Of a stretch of 64,000 bases of DNA, positions 23,101 through 30,433 are shown one piece after another. The stretch is from Acidobacteriota bacterium. GTDB taxonomy: Bacteria; Acidobacteriota; UBA6911. Location of the stretch: contig OY761556.1 of NCBI GenBank assembly GCA_963664705.1, forward strand, positions 704,001-768,000, read 5' to 3'. The notes under the pieces are model-generated. The model did no database searches. It was not told the DNA's origin and saw nothing but the letters and a program-made list of their open reading frames with translations. A program made the position numbers and the translations under genes. The number at the start of each line of letters is the position of its first letter. The first letter of the stretch is position 1.

Positions 23101-23263
23101 ATCCCCACATGGGTACGGCTGAACCATCGGGCAAGGTAATGCTCGTGGTTGTGGCCGTCATGTTCACCTGTTGTTGTGCTTCTGCCGCAAGTGTTCCAAT
23201 GAACAGGAAAACAGCAGCCAGTGTCGCAATGCTCCAGTTTGTCCTTAATGCTCTCGATCCCAT
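14126..23263 (-). CDS. Giant secreted protein (3045 aa): two degenerate cupredoxin/MCO-like domains, Ig/cadherin-like repeats, SdrD-B-like domains, right-handed beta-helix, IPT/TIG domains
   Basis: Signal peptide; PGTYLLESGTHPSIQGPMGLYG and YYLING cupredoxin-type segments without His/Cys ligands; GGG-rich beta-helix repeats; TDFFGNPRP...DAGAIE; C-terminal PTLTSISP/PALSAISP IPT repeats. Confidence 0.8.
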   Translation of the reverse strand: MGSRALRTNWSIATLAAVFLFIGTLAAEAQQQVNMTATTTSITLPDGSAVPMWGYSCGPAVTGSTATCAKLNQGTTNWSPVVITVPTGQGLTVNLTNSLPVPPGALAGIPTSLVIVGQIGAGLGSAATYTPSPSHTNAQANATWPIANTGVSASPPAQSPRIQSFSTEVATGQTTALTWSSLRPGTYLLESGTHPSIQGPMGLYGMVVVTSAPAGSNPGTAYPASGSNPAVVYNQEIPLLFSEIDPVQNAAVNAAVNTANFSETMVWSGQPGGCGNPSSSTYHQCYPPAVNYTPLYYLINGVAFDKNNPAISNFASLPVTGAAGSVLVRMVNAGLRMHVPSIVGASTGSSPGFTLMAEDGNTLPGSGRVQSDVFMAAGKTFDVMIDGPATCTPATPGTTCTMRALPVFDRQLSLSGNSTARDGGMLAYISINGNLAGTTNAGGGSTTGIPGSTLPNTFAATVTPDTYNSLIAGQTFTVSDPSRGVIANDINVYGVQISTPAASGTVTLNKNGTFTYIPSGTATSDAFGYCANGATAGGLCTTVTLGPAPIESAAGILMQNATYTSNLASGIRINPPGILSADKDAAGYPLKVYNSAGVTTLSGPGSGTITVDSNGGFTAAVSASGSYTFSYFAQNSQGTVSSVAATVTLIFPTASGLNVTVLDGANKSTPVTDYRWIIEEDRTFYVDPKCQVNPPPAGCPTASIPGQGVTGIVPTLGTNFHTSYMPVVAQGCIGTIACESGQTLQGLPAVCDVGNGSCRTGAAQQSPVNPSQVHLDPTKRYYISILPGDAANPFNTGNAQSGHAMGGAPIAAGQTSVTVLTNPTPFQPAKLSVQVFEDDFPLNGEQDAGGGIDVLASNEPGLGGFNIVLFDDAGGTGDATGQMTYDMFNMPLSNSLAGTIDPATGKDACPISTKVTANATGGNGSQKGITGMIVTCPRYESDGTTLSPLAGQAVIANLMPGRYGVVATPGADRIARGEEWMQTNTLDGQKAHDSFLRIGEPAYFQEYGPAGYHVSIGFANPTIINGRLKGVCAGTDPTITGTSCTNTLSGSITTERMSRTPDERLYSSGDNSSFAFTQCYVSIGDPDGEDFAFAKCAGDGSFNIPGLPDGNWRVTVFDQWNDMLVDGLSTPVKLDHTVANSGNLGQIATNQWQANIYTNTFIDSNGNGLRDSNENGLTLVPTNIRFRDGSFSNFNNTDLDGNAGFNEVFPLFSWYVIETDATRYKNTGTHVVYDAGGPADGTPCGSASNPPTAPCGNSSIGQKMANTVEQVSLPTALRVPGAVYCAGADCIGKSISGVNGSNASDAPSTCTTNATTGVTTCTRTLSTGRIDPPWVTSEGWQGFSGQNSFIEFGKKPYAVGENGGIRGHVVYASTRPFDDPQLLLQTSWEPLVPGVTINLYQEGTAPDGSKSLKLIDTTKTSSWDDWAQGFYPGTNKPYMNCPGQQPAPTSGSAGDLFFFSLYNQPMWLDMYGNSGIPAHAMPNNSQFKCYDGMHNWNQVQPAPYDGMYQFPSVTGLDPNTGRPTGTNCDPTVCIPDPDTTDPYRHGLPMLPAGKYVVEIVVPPGYELVKEEDKNILIGDNYIAPVTQQFGPLANIFILPDQAAVAASYNASNAQNPTTDLGAFPRHEGDTGSVESFWPCVGEPRVVPDYISLFPQSREVAPFAGATRNLCDRKEVTLTDQASALAKFYIFTSTHAAAHFTGIITDDFTSEFDPFSPSFGEKFSPANLPVSIRDFNYNEISRTYSDQWGSYDGITYSTWEVNPPNPTGYAPTMMVTCMNDAGPIADPAHPGQTITDPLFNPGYSQFCYEIPFMPGQTQYMDTPVVPTSGFVGAGYNNPDCAFPASTPAISSVVNTSTEGSFPARTGPWVSAAGHSITITALGDQIVNNYGYSGPAAHTTPFNQKTVSRHYGFGTTQGTVSIGGVNVPSNQITTWNDTTIVLNVPSNVPLCDVQQQAQYGGSSAQCGELVITTAPSTAFPKGQQSVDAVTVTIGGKAPTAVAPGSTIQPYLDAAAPGDLIVVPPGTYNELLLMWKPVRLQGVGAASSIINANTHPAGITKLDPWRRSVNCLFGLALNGQPRTNANPFDSTGAFGCPDGTGNSQPGPNGNTWSYFSGGPSFPFMAVDRLPREGIVGWDTTLNGNLAEMLQEPSLMGAYEGAAITVLSKGVNIPQGAADVFGSGAEADFPAGSTLLSGQGTASGIFLSGDTNPICKSSSGGSNPYPSNFQCNPSSIDGLGITNSSQGGGGILVHGWAHNLQIANNQVNNNAGTLSGGISIGQGEFTDAYLAPNSGVIAPGSCQDSTVTNTQLPYCFFLHTNVHNNSIFNNSSTGDELFTATPAGAGGASFTTGADYYRFNNNWVCGNLSTGDGGGLGHLGFIYNGDIEHNTFLFNQSINPTIPTNGGGIIVMGAPPDGTQIVNGVATECGTVTDVDCVPGLGDGAGPGLVINANLIMGNGAESGSGGGLRFQAVNGTEVARFPGAPASWYSVAVTNNILANNVAGWDGGGISLEDSLAVNIVNNTIMSNDSTASAGVLFNTLGAPLASSQSPPANCPGQANGTGSCPQPAGLVSLQNSPQLVSSFAGIGPITCPAGHYSGTATNGTCTKISYPLLYDNIFWQNRTFDIHVGGLGTGALNQQNVVALLNGLTGTAPASQTATGQCVNGSNYWDIGVRGDTGPANHSSGFTLNAQWSLLTSIAGYNGHNANSNPSVIRQYCNGARVPPENGGLGYQVPPGISDATVPNPIFSLTPAATVDEGNNWINMSWGPLSLVNPVTNAVLGNYSLQSGSSAIDFVECSNANAAAVGCQVIPDGNGPTITAPRTDFFGNPRPDPGANPHTTDAGAIEIQGSAAGGGGNTAPTLTSISPASGTRGSSVPVTLTGTNLTGATSVTVSGSGPNAITVTNLVVVNATTATATFVIPIGNNGGQGTRTVSITTPGGTSNTLNFTVTAPPAPALSAISPATHARNGVAFNVTLTGTNLTGATAVNVSGSGVTVGALAVSANGTTITTTFTIATNANINGSNATRNVSVTTPGGSGGNVSFTITP

Positions 23264-23276
23264 TCGCTCTTCTCCT

Positions 23277-24935
23277 TCAATTTGTCTCGTCTATGACAAA
23301 TTCCCGGGAGTCAACCAGCATCATCATCAACATGCCGCCAGGGAAAATGTTGTTGGTCGTGATTTCGCGTTCGTTATGTGAGTGCCACATAAATGCGAAT
23401 CCAGCTTCTGAGGAGGGATTGTTGGCAATGGTTCCGGATGGGGGCGTTGTTCCTGTTGTAGCGCAGTTGTTTCCGGCGCAGGTTCCGTAAGTCGCGCGGG
23501 TGGTTGCGTCCGGACCCAGATAGGGACTGCCGCCGAACCAGGGCCCATTGGTTAACAGATTCGGATCAGGCAGGGTCATAGGTCCGCCTGCGCCCACATC
23601 ACCGAAAGGAGCCTTCTCCATTGGCTTGTTGTGGTCCTGGCACCATTCGTAGTAATTGATCGCCGTCGGATTCCCGGTGTTATATCCATTTGCATCAGGC
23701 GTGCAGGGAAGCTTGGCATTAGGATCGCTGGAGCCCGGCGTATGGCCGTACATATCCCAGTTCAATCCCTTTCCCGTGTAGTAGAAGATTCCATCCATTG
23801 CCTGACCGGGAGTAGTCGTTGTGGTAAACAATAACGGCCCTGCGAGAGCTTGAGTCGCGGCGCTTGAGCCGGCATAAGTGATTGTGGAGCTACTGAGGAG
23901 TAGATTGCCATCGCGTGCAAGAATGCGCACATGGTTGCCATGTTCATGGAAGGGATGCTGCCATCGTCCCTGCCCTACAATCCGAAGCAGAACCAACTCT
24001 CCAGGGTGCATATGTGGATCCCCGTTGTAGGGCTGATGGGGATATTGGATCGCATAATTAGCATCCATGTCGTCGGGCATCGAACGTCCGTTGATCATGA
24101 AATATGCAGGGTGATATGGTTCTGTTGCGATGTTGAGGCTGCATCCCGTGGCACCGGCCACGCAAGCGCCCAGTGCTGTTACCTGTGCCAAGGCTTGACT
24201 GTGAATGTCAGGATCGATCTCCGAGAATTGGAATAGGTATTCCCTGTCATAGCAAGTGTCGGGATGGTTGTAGGCGGCCTTGGTCAATCGAAAATCCTTT
24301 TCCCCCCAAAACGCTTCTGCCTGGAGATTTTTGGCAGCCAGTGTTCCGGTTGCGGTGCAGTTTTGCGGAATGGAATTTGGGAGCACAATGATCGCGCCGT
24401 ACAGGCCCATCTCAATCTGAAGGTCGCCCTGGGTTCCGCTGTAATAGGAGCGAGTCCCCGGCGTGGTGGCAGTGAATGTATAGGTGACGGTTCCACCCGG
24501 CGCGGCCTCCTGCGTCAGAAGTCCGGCCACGCCGCCGCTGGTGGATACCGCAAAACCCGGGAACAGGATCGATGTGTTTCCGGCCGAACTCGGCAGATTG
24601 TTGTGCAAGGTAATCGATACTGACTGCCCTTGATTGACAATCAGAGTGGGGCCCGGGACTTGCATGGCGCCGCAAAACGGATTGTTGGCCAGGTTCGCGG
24701 GGAGATAACCGGACGGCGTACTGTTGCAGCCATAGCCCCATGAATAAACGGACTGACCATCCGGCTGGCTGATATAGGCGTCCTGGGCCGTCAAATCGAA
24801 AGTACCTGCCGCGCTGGTTCCGGTTATGCCGGGGACTGCCGAATACGCTGGTGGCGTGAGGAGCAGGGCGGCTGTCAGGATGGTCAAAGCCAGTATCCAG
24901 GGGTATTCTTTTTTTATTCGCATCACTTTCATCAC
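23277..24935 (-). CDS. Two-domain multicopper oxidase-like protein B (His ligands only in domain 2, no type-1 Cys)
   Basis: PGPTLIV; domain 1 NTSILFPG and SYYSGTQ lack ligands; domain 2 QHPFHEHG and WHSH. Confidence 0.85.
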   Translation of the reverse strand: MMKVMRIKKEYPWILALTILTAALLLTPPAYSAVPGITGTSAAGTFDLTAQDAYISQPDGQSVYSWGYGCNSTPSGYLPANLANNPFCGAMQVPGPTLIVNQGQSVSITLHNNLPSSAGNTSILFPGFAVSTSGGVAGLLTQEAAPGGTVTYTFTATTPGTRSYYSGTQGDLQIEMGLYGAIIVLPNSIPQNCTATGTLAAKNLQAEAFWGEKDFRLTKAAYNHPDTCYDREYLFQFSEIDPDIHSQALAQVTALGACVAGATGCSLNIATEPYHPAYFMINGRSMPDDMDANYAIQYPHQPYNGDPHMHPGELVLLRIVGQGRWQHPFHEHGNHVRILARDGNLLLSSSTITYAGSSAATQALAGPLLFTTTTTPGQAMDGIFYYTGKGLNWDMYGHTPGSSDPNAKLPCTPDANGYNTGNPTAINYYEWCQDHNKPMEKAPFGDVGAGGPMTLPDPNLLTNGPWFGGSPYLGPDATTRATYGTCAGNNCATTGTTPPSGTIANNPSSEAGFAFMWHSHNEREITTNNIFPGGMLMMMLVDSREFVIDETN

Positions 24936-24942
24936 CGCTCTC

Positions 24943-26544
24943 CTAATTGATGTGGATCTCGGTCATCAGACCGCCGAAATTCTCCGCGTCGTTAGACAGG
25001 TGATCGAGGTTTGGGGTGTAAAGAAAGAAAACGCTGCCCGGGGGATACATCGTTGTGTCGGTTGCATCCAGGATTGCGTCAAGGGACTCTCCGCCGCCAA
25101 GCGTGATGGAATTGGTTTTATAGGACATGTTGTTCCCAGCCTGATCCCTCAGCAGCTTGGCGTTGTATCCAATGACAGTCATTGGGATCCCCAGGGAAGC
25201 CAGCGTCTGATACTCGCTGACGTCGAGATCGGAGATCCGCAGCAGAGCCTTTTTTCCTGCAGGAATGTTGATAATGGATGGGAGTGGTTGTGAATAATGC
25301 ATCGCTCCATCCGAGGAAACGGTTGCCAACGGTCCAGCCGTTACCGTGTCAGGATAGCTCCGCCCGTTCAGAAGAAAGTATTTGTCCTTCATATCGGCGA
25401 ACCCTTCAGGGTTAAAGGTCATTCCAACGAAGTGAAAATTGGGATCAAATCCGTGGATCTGGATCGGGTATTCCACATCATAGTAGGTAGAACCATCGCC
25501 ATCGTTATAGGCGTATTTCCCTCCTCCGGTCGCGCTTGTCTGCGCCGCAGGCAATGGATTGCTGCACAGAATATCTTCTGTGGAATCGCATTTTGTGCGA
25601 TTGTCCAGTTGCTGTTGCTGCAGGCCGGCAAACAGAGTGGTGGTGCTTGGGACGCGATTCTGCCGTGGCCTTACGAAGAGCTGGCCGACCATGCCCATCT
25701 GCAGGTGCTCCGGGGGCGTGATGTGGCAGTGCCAGAAATAGGTGCCGGCATCCGGCGCCAGGTAGTAATACGTGAAGCTGGCACCGATATTGATTGCAAC
25801 GGAAGCATCGGGAACACCGTCGTAGAAGGCGGAGGCATTGGGATAGCCGTGAAAGTGGACTGTATGCTGCTCGAATAGATCGGGCCGCATGATCATCCCT
25901 ACATTAGTGAGAGTCAGAAAGAACTCGTCATCTTCATCGATTGCCATGAGTGGCGCCGGTATATTTCCGTTCATCACCCCCACATCCATAATCGGACGCG
26001 GATCCACATGCCCATTGATAGTAGGGTTGCCTGCAGTATCGATGTTTTCAGAGTAGGTATCCGGGGTTAAGCCGACCGCGCCATTGTAGGTAAATGCTCC
26101 CAGCGTGCCGGGTGAGGCTCCGCTTGAGGCTCCGTTTGTTGTGGCAGGGTCACCGGGTTGCAGCGATCCAGGCGATACCGTGTTGAACGTACTGGGAAAC
26201 TGGGTGCCAGGTAGTCCGTTGGCAATATCTGCAAGCCCTGACAAAGGTCCAAAAGAGAACATGTATGTCTGGGTGCCGTCTCCCATCGTGGCGTATCCGT
26301 CACCGCCGGAAATCTGCTGACACTTAATTGCGCCATTGATATTTGCGGGAGTTGATGGATATCCATTGGTACCGGCATAGGTCGGGCCGGTGTATGCCGG
26401 TTCCGCATTGTTTGCAGCTGCATTGGGATGGGTGATGGTGGTACTGGGGCATTGCACCCTAAATGACTGGGCACTCACTACCCCGGACAGAAGAAACAAC
26501 AAAGCCAGGGATAGACCAAGTCGATGCTGCCTATTCGGGATCAC
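24943..26544 (-). CDS. Two-domain multicopper oxidase-like protein A (type-1 site and His ligands only in domain 1)
   Basis: QHTVHFHG and YFWHCHITPPEHLQMGM in domain 1; domain 2 lacks HxH motifs. Confidence 0.88.
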   Translation of the reverse strand: MIPNRQHRLGLSLALLFLLSGVVSAQSFRVQCPSTTITHPNAAANNAEPAYTGPTYAGTNGYPSTPANINGAIKCQQISGGDGYATMGDGTQTYMFSFGPLSGLADIANGLPGTQFPSTFNTVSPGSLQPGDPATTNGASSGASPGTLGAFTYNGAVGLTPDTYSENIDTAGNPTINGHVDPRPIMDVGVMNGNIPAPLMAIDEDDEFFLTLTNVGMIMRPDLFEQHTVHFHGYPNASAFYDGVPDASVAINIGASFTYYYLAPDAGTYFWHCHITPPEHLQMGMVGQLFVRPRQNRVPSTTTLFAGLQQQQLDNRTKCDSTEDILCSNPLPAAQTSATGGGKYAYNDGDGSTYYDVEYPIQIHGFDPNFHFVGMTFNPEGFADMKDKYFLLNGRSYPDTVTAGPLATVSSDGAMHYSQPLPSIINIPAGKKALLRISDLDVSEYQTLASLGIPMTVIGYNAKLLRDQAGNNMSYKTNSITLGGGESLDAILDATDTTMYPPGSVFFLYTPNLDHLSNDAENFGGLMTEIHIN

Positions 26545-26816
26545 GCAAACCTCCTTTCGACGGCAATAGCCGCCTTCGCATTACGTGCGTGTCGGAACAA
26601 GTGGTCCGTATGCAACGGCTCGAAGGGGATGGCAGCAGGAGATCGCCGCGTTGCTGTTTTATCCCTGCCGGGTTGTCTGAACTGAGACAGGTTCTCAAGC
26701 TAGAACTCCTTGCCGTACGGCAGTCGCTCCCTTGGCCAAACCGAGCTCAATAGAGCTGACATGCTCCTGAGAGCATGTTCATTGGGGTAAATGTAGGAGG
26801 ATTTGCGTGATTGTGG

Positions 26817-26832
26817 TGTTCACTATTGAACA
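26817..26832. promoter_or_regulatory. Palindromic operator TGTTCACTATTGAACA, upstream of the MCO operon
   Basis: Identical to the copy at 13484; minus-strand -10 TACATT (26795-26790) 21 nt downstream. Confidence 0.75.
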
Positions 26833-26975
26833 CTTCAGCAATATTTGTGAATTGCAGATAAAATCAGCACCCGTTCCGGGATGCGATGGGAGTGCAGATT
26901 GACTGGTAATTTTCGACCGGATGGGGTTCTGCAAGAACTCCTGCTGTTGAGATGCGCGGATTCAGGCCACAATTG

Positions 26976-28835
26976 TTATCGCCGTCGAATTGGCAGGCTT
27001 GGATAGAGCGCAAATAAGAGCAACCCTAGAAGCGAAGCAACCGTGAGTACTTTTCCCGCTATTCGATAGCCACTTGGTTCGAAAACCAGATCAATGATGT
27101 GACTTCCCTTTGGCACATCGATCCGGATAAGGCCTGTTTCAGCGTCCGGCTTTAGGGCAATCGTGCGGCCATTTTCGTAAGCTTTCCATCGTATGTAGTA
27201 GAAAGTCCGTACCAGAACCCCGGCGGATTCCCTGGCTTCGATCTTGATTCGTCTTCTTTCCGGTTCCCAAAGAATGATTTCATAACGGCCAATGTCTGCT
27301 GGGATGCTGATTCTATTGTTTTGCAGGGCTGTGGGAATTTTGACGATTGCTTCCGGGTAATTGCGCGTCTCCAGCCAGTCATAGGTCGGGTAAATGATAT
27401 AGGAGCCGCAGGTGTCAAAAATGGCGCCGCGTATGCAGGTTGATTTCTCCGGAAGGCTCTTTGGGATAGACCATATTGGCTTGTACTCAAGCGAGTCAAT
27501 CAGCCATGGATTGGATGGCACATAGCGGGCGGAATCTTTACTGAGATTCCGTAGATAAAGATCGTACCCTTTGGCCGAGTCTTGGCGCAGTTGATCCATC
27601 TTGATGATCCAGCCGTTGCGCTTCAGGGCTTGCCCTTTTTCATACAGTGCTCCGCTCAGAGTCGGAAGGGTCCCGTAGGCGTTATGAAAAACAGCAGCGA
27701 GGAGGCCGAAAAACAACAAGCTGAACAGGACCTTTAGTTTTCGACCATACCCGTCAGAGCGAAACAGCAGCGAAGCAATGAAGCCGGAGCAAATGGAAGC
27801 ACAGAATGATGCAATTGACAAAAGCCTCCAGGGGAACTGAATCCGTTGAAGCAGCGGCGCTGCCAGCCAGAGAGGGGCAGTCCAATGGAACAGGGCTATG
27901 AAACACACAAGCCCGGATATCGCAAAGAATGCCACATGGGAACGGTCGGGAAATTTGCGGGAGCGAAGTGCCAGGGTGGCCAGGAGTCCCAAGGCGGCGA
28001 CCAAAACAATTTCCACCGCAGCCTGGTTCAATGCGGCGGTGAAACCGCCGCCTGCGTTAAAAAGAAAGTTGTCTTCGATGCGGAATTCAGACAACTGTCT
28101 GATATTGACGTATTGTTGTTCGGAAAGAGCGGGAATGAGATAGATGGCAGAAATTCCAATCCCAAAAATGAATGCAGCCTGGCGCAGACAAAATGATTTT
28201 GAGCTTTTTTCTATATAAAGGAGATATGAAACAAAGACCTCAAAGAACAGCAGGGCGAGAAGTGCCACCGGAAGGTGCGTCAAAATGAGTCCGGCAATAC
28301 AAGCCGCCAGGCAGATAAATCCGCAGGTTTTTCCCTCCCTGGTTTTCAAAATGCAGAGCGCGATCAGCGGAAGCCAGACAAAGGCCCAGAATTCAGCGAG
28401 CGTACCTCGCACATAGAGATCTATGAGGTGGTAAGAGAACGTCGTATATAGGACGGCGGCAAGGAATGCCGGAATCCTAGCCATGTGCATCCGGGAAAAT
28501 GCATACATCGCTATCCCCGAGGCCCAGAGCCCAATCCAGGCGGAAAGGCTGATAACGGTTACGACATCGCTGGTAAAGAAACCGGCAAGAATGTATGTGA
28601 AAAAAAGGAAGGGTGGATAAAAAATGAACGAGGCATCCCCGCACCCAAGAAATGCATCGGGTACCCATTGCGGGTAGAGCACGCCCAGCTTGAAAGATGC
28701 CAACCATTGATGCGCCCAGAGGAGATGATGCCATGCATCATGCCCGTCCAGGGTTCCTAGGGCGAAGAGAGGATAACAAAGAAGCGAGGCGATGATGAAG
28801 ATGCAGGCAACAGCCAGAGTCTCTCGAAGCATCAT
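26976..28835 (-). CDS. GT-C fold membrane glycosyltransferase-like protein (6-pyruvoyl-tetrahydropterin synthase-related / YfhO-like family)
   Basis: GHD, YPQW, FYPP, RGTLAE, LTHLP, QFPWR motifs; many TM helices; YfhO-like C-terminus. Confidence 0.8.
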   Translation of the reverse strand: MMLRETLAVACIFIIASLLCYPLFALGTLDGHDAWHHLLWAHQWLASFKLGVLYPQWVPDAFLGCGDASFIFYPPFLFFTYILAGFFTSDVVTVISLSAWIGLWASGIAMYAFSRMHMARIPAFLAAVLYTTFSYHLIDLYVRGTLAEFWAFVWLPLIALCILKTREGKTCGFICLAACIAGLILTHLPVALLALLFFEVFVSYLLYIEKSSKSFCLRQAAFIFGIGISAIYLIPALSEQQYVNIRQLSEFRIEDNFLFNAGGGFTAALNQAAVEIVLVAALGLLATLALRSRKFPDRSHVAFFAISGLVCFIALFHWTAPLWLAAPLLQRIQFPWRLLSIASFCASICSGFIASLLFRSDGYGRKLKVLFSLLFFGLLAAVFHNAYGTLPTLSGALYEKGQALKRNGWIIKMDQLRQDSAKGYDLYLRNLSKDSARYVPSNPWLIDSLEYKPIWSIPKSLPEKSTCIRGAIFDTCGSYIIYPTYDWLETRNYPEAIVKIPTALQNNRISIPADIGRYEIILWEPERRRIKIEARESAGVLVRTFYYIRWKAYENGRTIALKPDAETGLIRIDVPKGSHIIDLVFEPSGYRIAGKVLTVASLLGLLLFALYPSLPIRRR

Positions 28836-29032
28836 TGCGTGAACCGGCTCCTCAATCCTTTACACCTTGGGAAACTCAGAGCGCTTGCCATGGACGTCTT
28901 GGCAAGCTTTGAGCCGGGCCAGCATATCACAATGAGGCAGCCATGCCATATCGGGCAGGAAATTCGGCGGCAGTGCCCGGTGGCGCGCAATAAAGCGATG
29001 GGGGCAAGCTATGCGTCTCCGATTTTACTGCA

Positions 29033-29404
29033 TCAGTTTTTGGGAATCGGGAGCGATTTGCTTAAAACCGCTACGCCCGCGATAACCAGGAAAATGGGCC
29101 ACATGGTTCCCCAGTCCAAATCGAAGAGGAATATAAGGGCTACGGCAAGTGGAAACATCCCGCCGAAAAAAGGGCCCAGTACGGCCTGCGTCAGCCGTTG
29201 GCCATTATTTTGATAAACGTGCAGGGCGCCGCCCCATGCGGCGGCCGTACCCAACAAAATGAACAATGCCCACCAGTTGCCAATAAAAAACAAACCGTAG
29301 TTCTGCAGCAGGAAGATTACGCCCAATCCGATGAGCACAATTCCTCCAACAACAGAGCTGGCGCGGTTTGCTGAAGGTGGTTCCGGCGGCGGCAATGTGC
29401 TCAT
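29033..29404 (-). CDS. LiaI/LiaF-like (DUF5668) small membrane protein
   Basis: GIVLIGLGVIFLLQN and WP.FLVIAG motifs; AGGAG SD. Confidence 0.75.
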   Translation of the reverse strand: MSTLPPPEPPSANRASSVVGGIVLIGLGVIFLLQNYGLFFIGNWWALFILLGTAAAWGGALHVYQNNGQRLTQAVLGPFFGGMFPLAVALIFLFDLDWGTMWPIFLVIAGVAVLSKSLPIPKN

Positions 29405-29574
29405 AGGCGCTCTGCTCCTTTATTATGTGTAGTCAGCGAATGCCGGGCACCCGTTGCGAGAAGCATATCCACCCTCCCGAAATCCGGCGTCCACATTTCC
29501 ATACGGGTTTGTACACAAAAATGTTCACTATTTCAACGCTGCAATGGGCTTCGTGTCTCCGGATGAGGCGATGG

Positions 29575-30270
29575 CTATTGAACGGGGCTGAACTGTGCCG
29601 CCCTGCTATTATTATTTCCCTCTATGAACAGACCCATGTGAATATAGGCCCGATCCTTTGAATCGTAGGGCGGTTTGCCTTCATAATCATGCCAGCGAGA
29701 GAGAAATTCCTGCTGCGGAATTACTCCTCGGCTCCCAAGAAGCGATGGGTCTTCCACATAAATATTCCGGTCATCAACTCCCAGGAGCACCACATAATGG
29801 CCATCTTCCCAGTCGCTGTCCCAGGGAGGGCTGGTTTGAGGATTGTCCTGCCATGCCTGGATGTCAACGATTACGGGAATCCTTGCTTCCCATGCTTTCC
29901 GCAAGTCCGATATCCCGATTCCTTCTCTCATTTCGGCGCGCAGCCCATGTTTTCTGGCGACGCGAATGATGTCCTCCGGCTTCGTTCCATCTTCGGGGTT
30001 ACTGCGGAGCTCTTTCCTTAATGTGCTCTCGGTCATATCAATTCCCCAGTAGGCAAATACCGCCTGCAATGCGGATGCGCCGCAGGAATAGTCTGTATCC
30101 TGTCGAAGATCGGGTACGGTGAGGAGCAAGGGCGGCTCCGGCTTGATTAAAGTTTCCTTTGCTGGGAGGGATTTGGGATTACGCCGCATGGTTGAGTTCA
30201 GCCCGATACCGAAGGCAATCCCCAGTGCCAAGGAAAGGATAATCCATAGAATCCTGCTCATGCCCCGCAT
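29575..30270 (-). CDS. C39 family cysteine peptidase, membrane-anchored or exported
   Basis: QDTDYSCGA catalytic Cys, GHYVV His, EDP Asp; N-terminal TM. Confidence 0.85.
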   Translation of the reverse strand: MRGMSRILWIILSLALGIAFGIGLNSTMRRNPKSLPAKETLIKPEPPLLLTVPDLRQDTDYSCGASALQAVFAYWGIDMTESTLRKELRSNPEDGTKPEDIIRVARKHGLRAEMREGIGISDLRKAWEARIPVIVDIQAWQDNPQTSPPWDSDWEDGHYVVLLGVDDRNIYVEDPSLLGSRGVIPQQEFLSRWHDYEGKPPYDSKDRAYIHMGLFIEGNNNSRAAQFSPVQ

Positions 30271-30433
30271 AAAAAACTCCGGTTTGAGTGATGTCCGATG
30301 CTCTTCCTTAGCCGCCGCCTGAATTGCAAAAAGGCAAAACCGCAGCCCGGGAGTGTATCCTAATTCTCCAATACGCCTCCCAGTTTACGATAAAATAGAC
30401 AAATGAAGGCAAGGGCTTAAAGATAATTCGACT

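Noticed and set aside
29522-29537. Fourth, degenerate copy of the island palindrome (TGTTCACTATTTCAAC)
   Set aside because: The right arm is broken and there is no -10 at the conserved 21-nt distance (GGAAAT); not counted in the regulon
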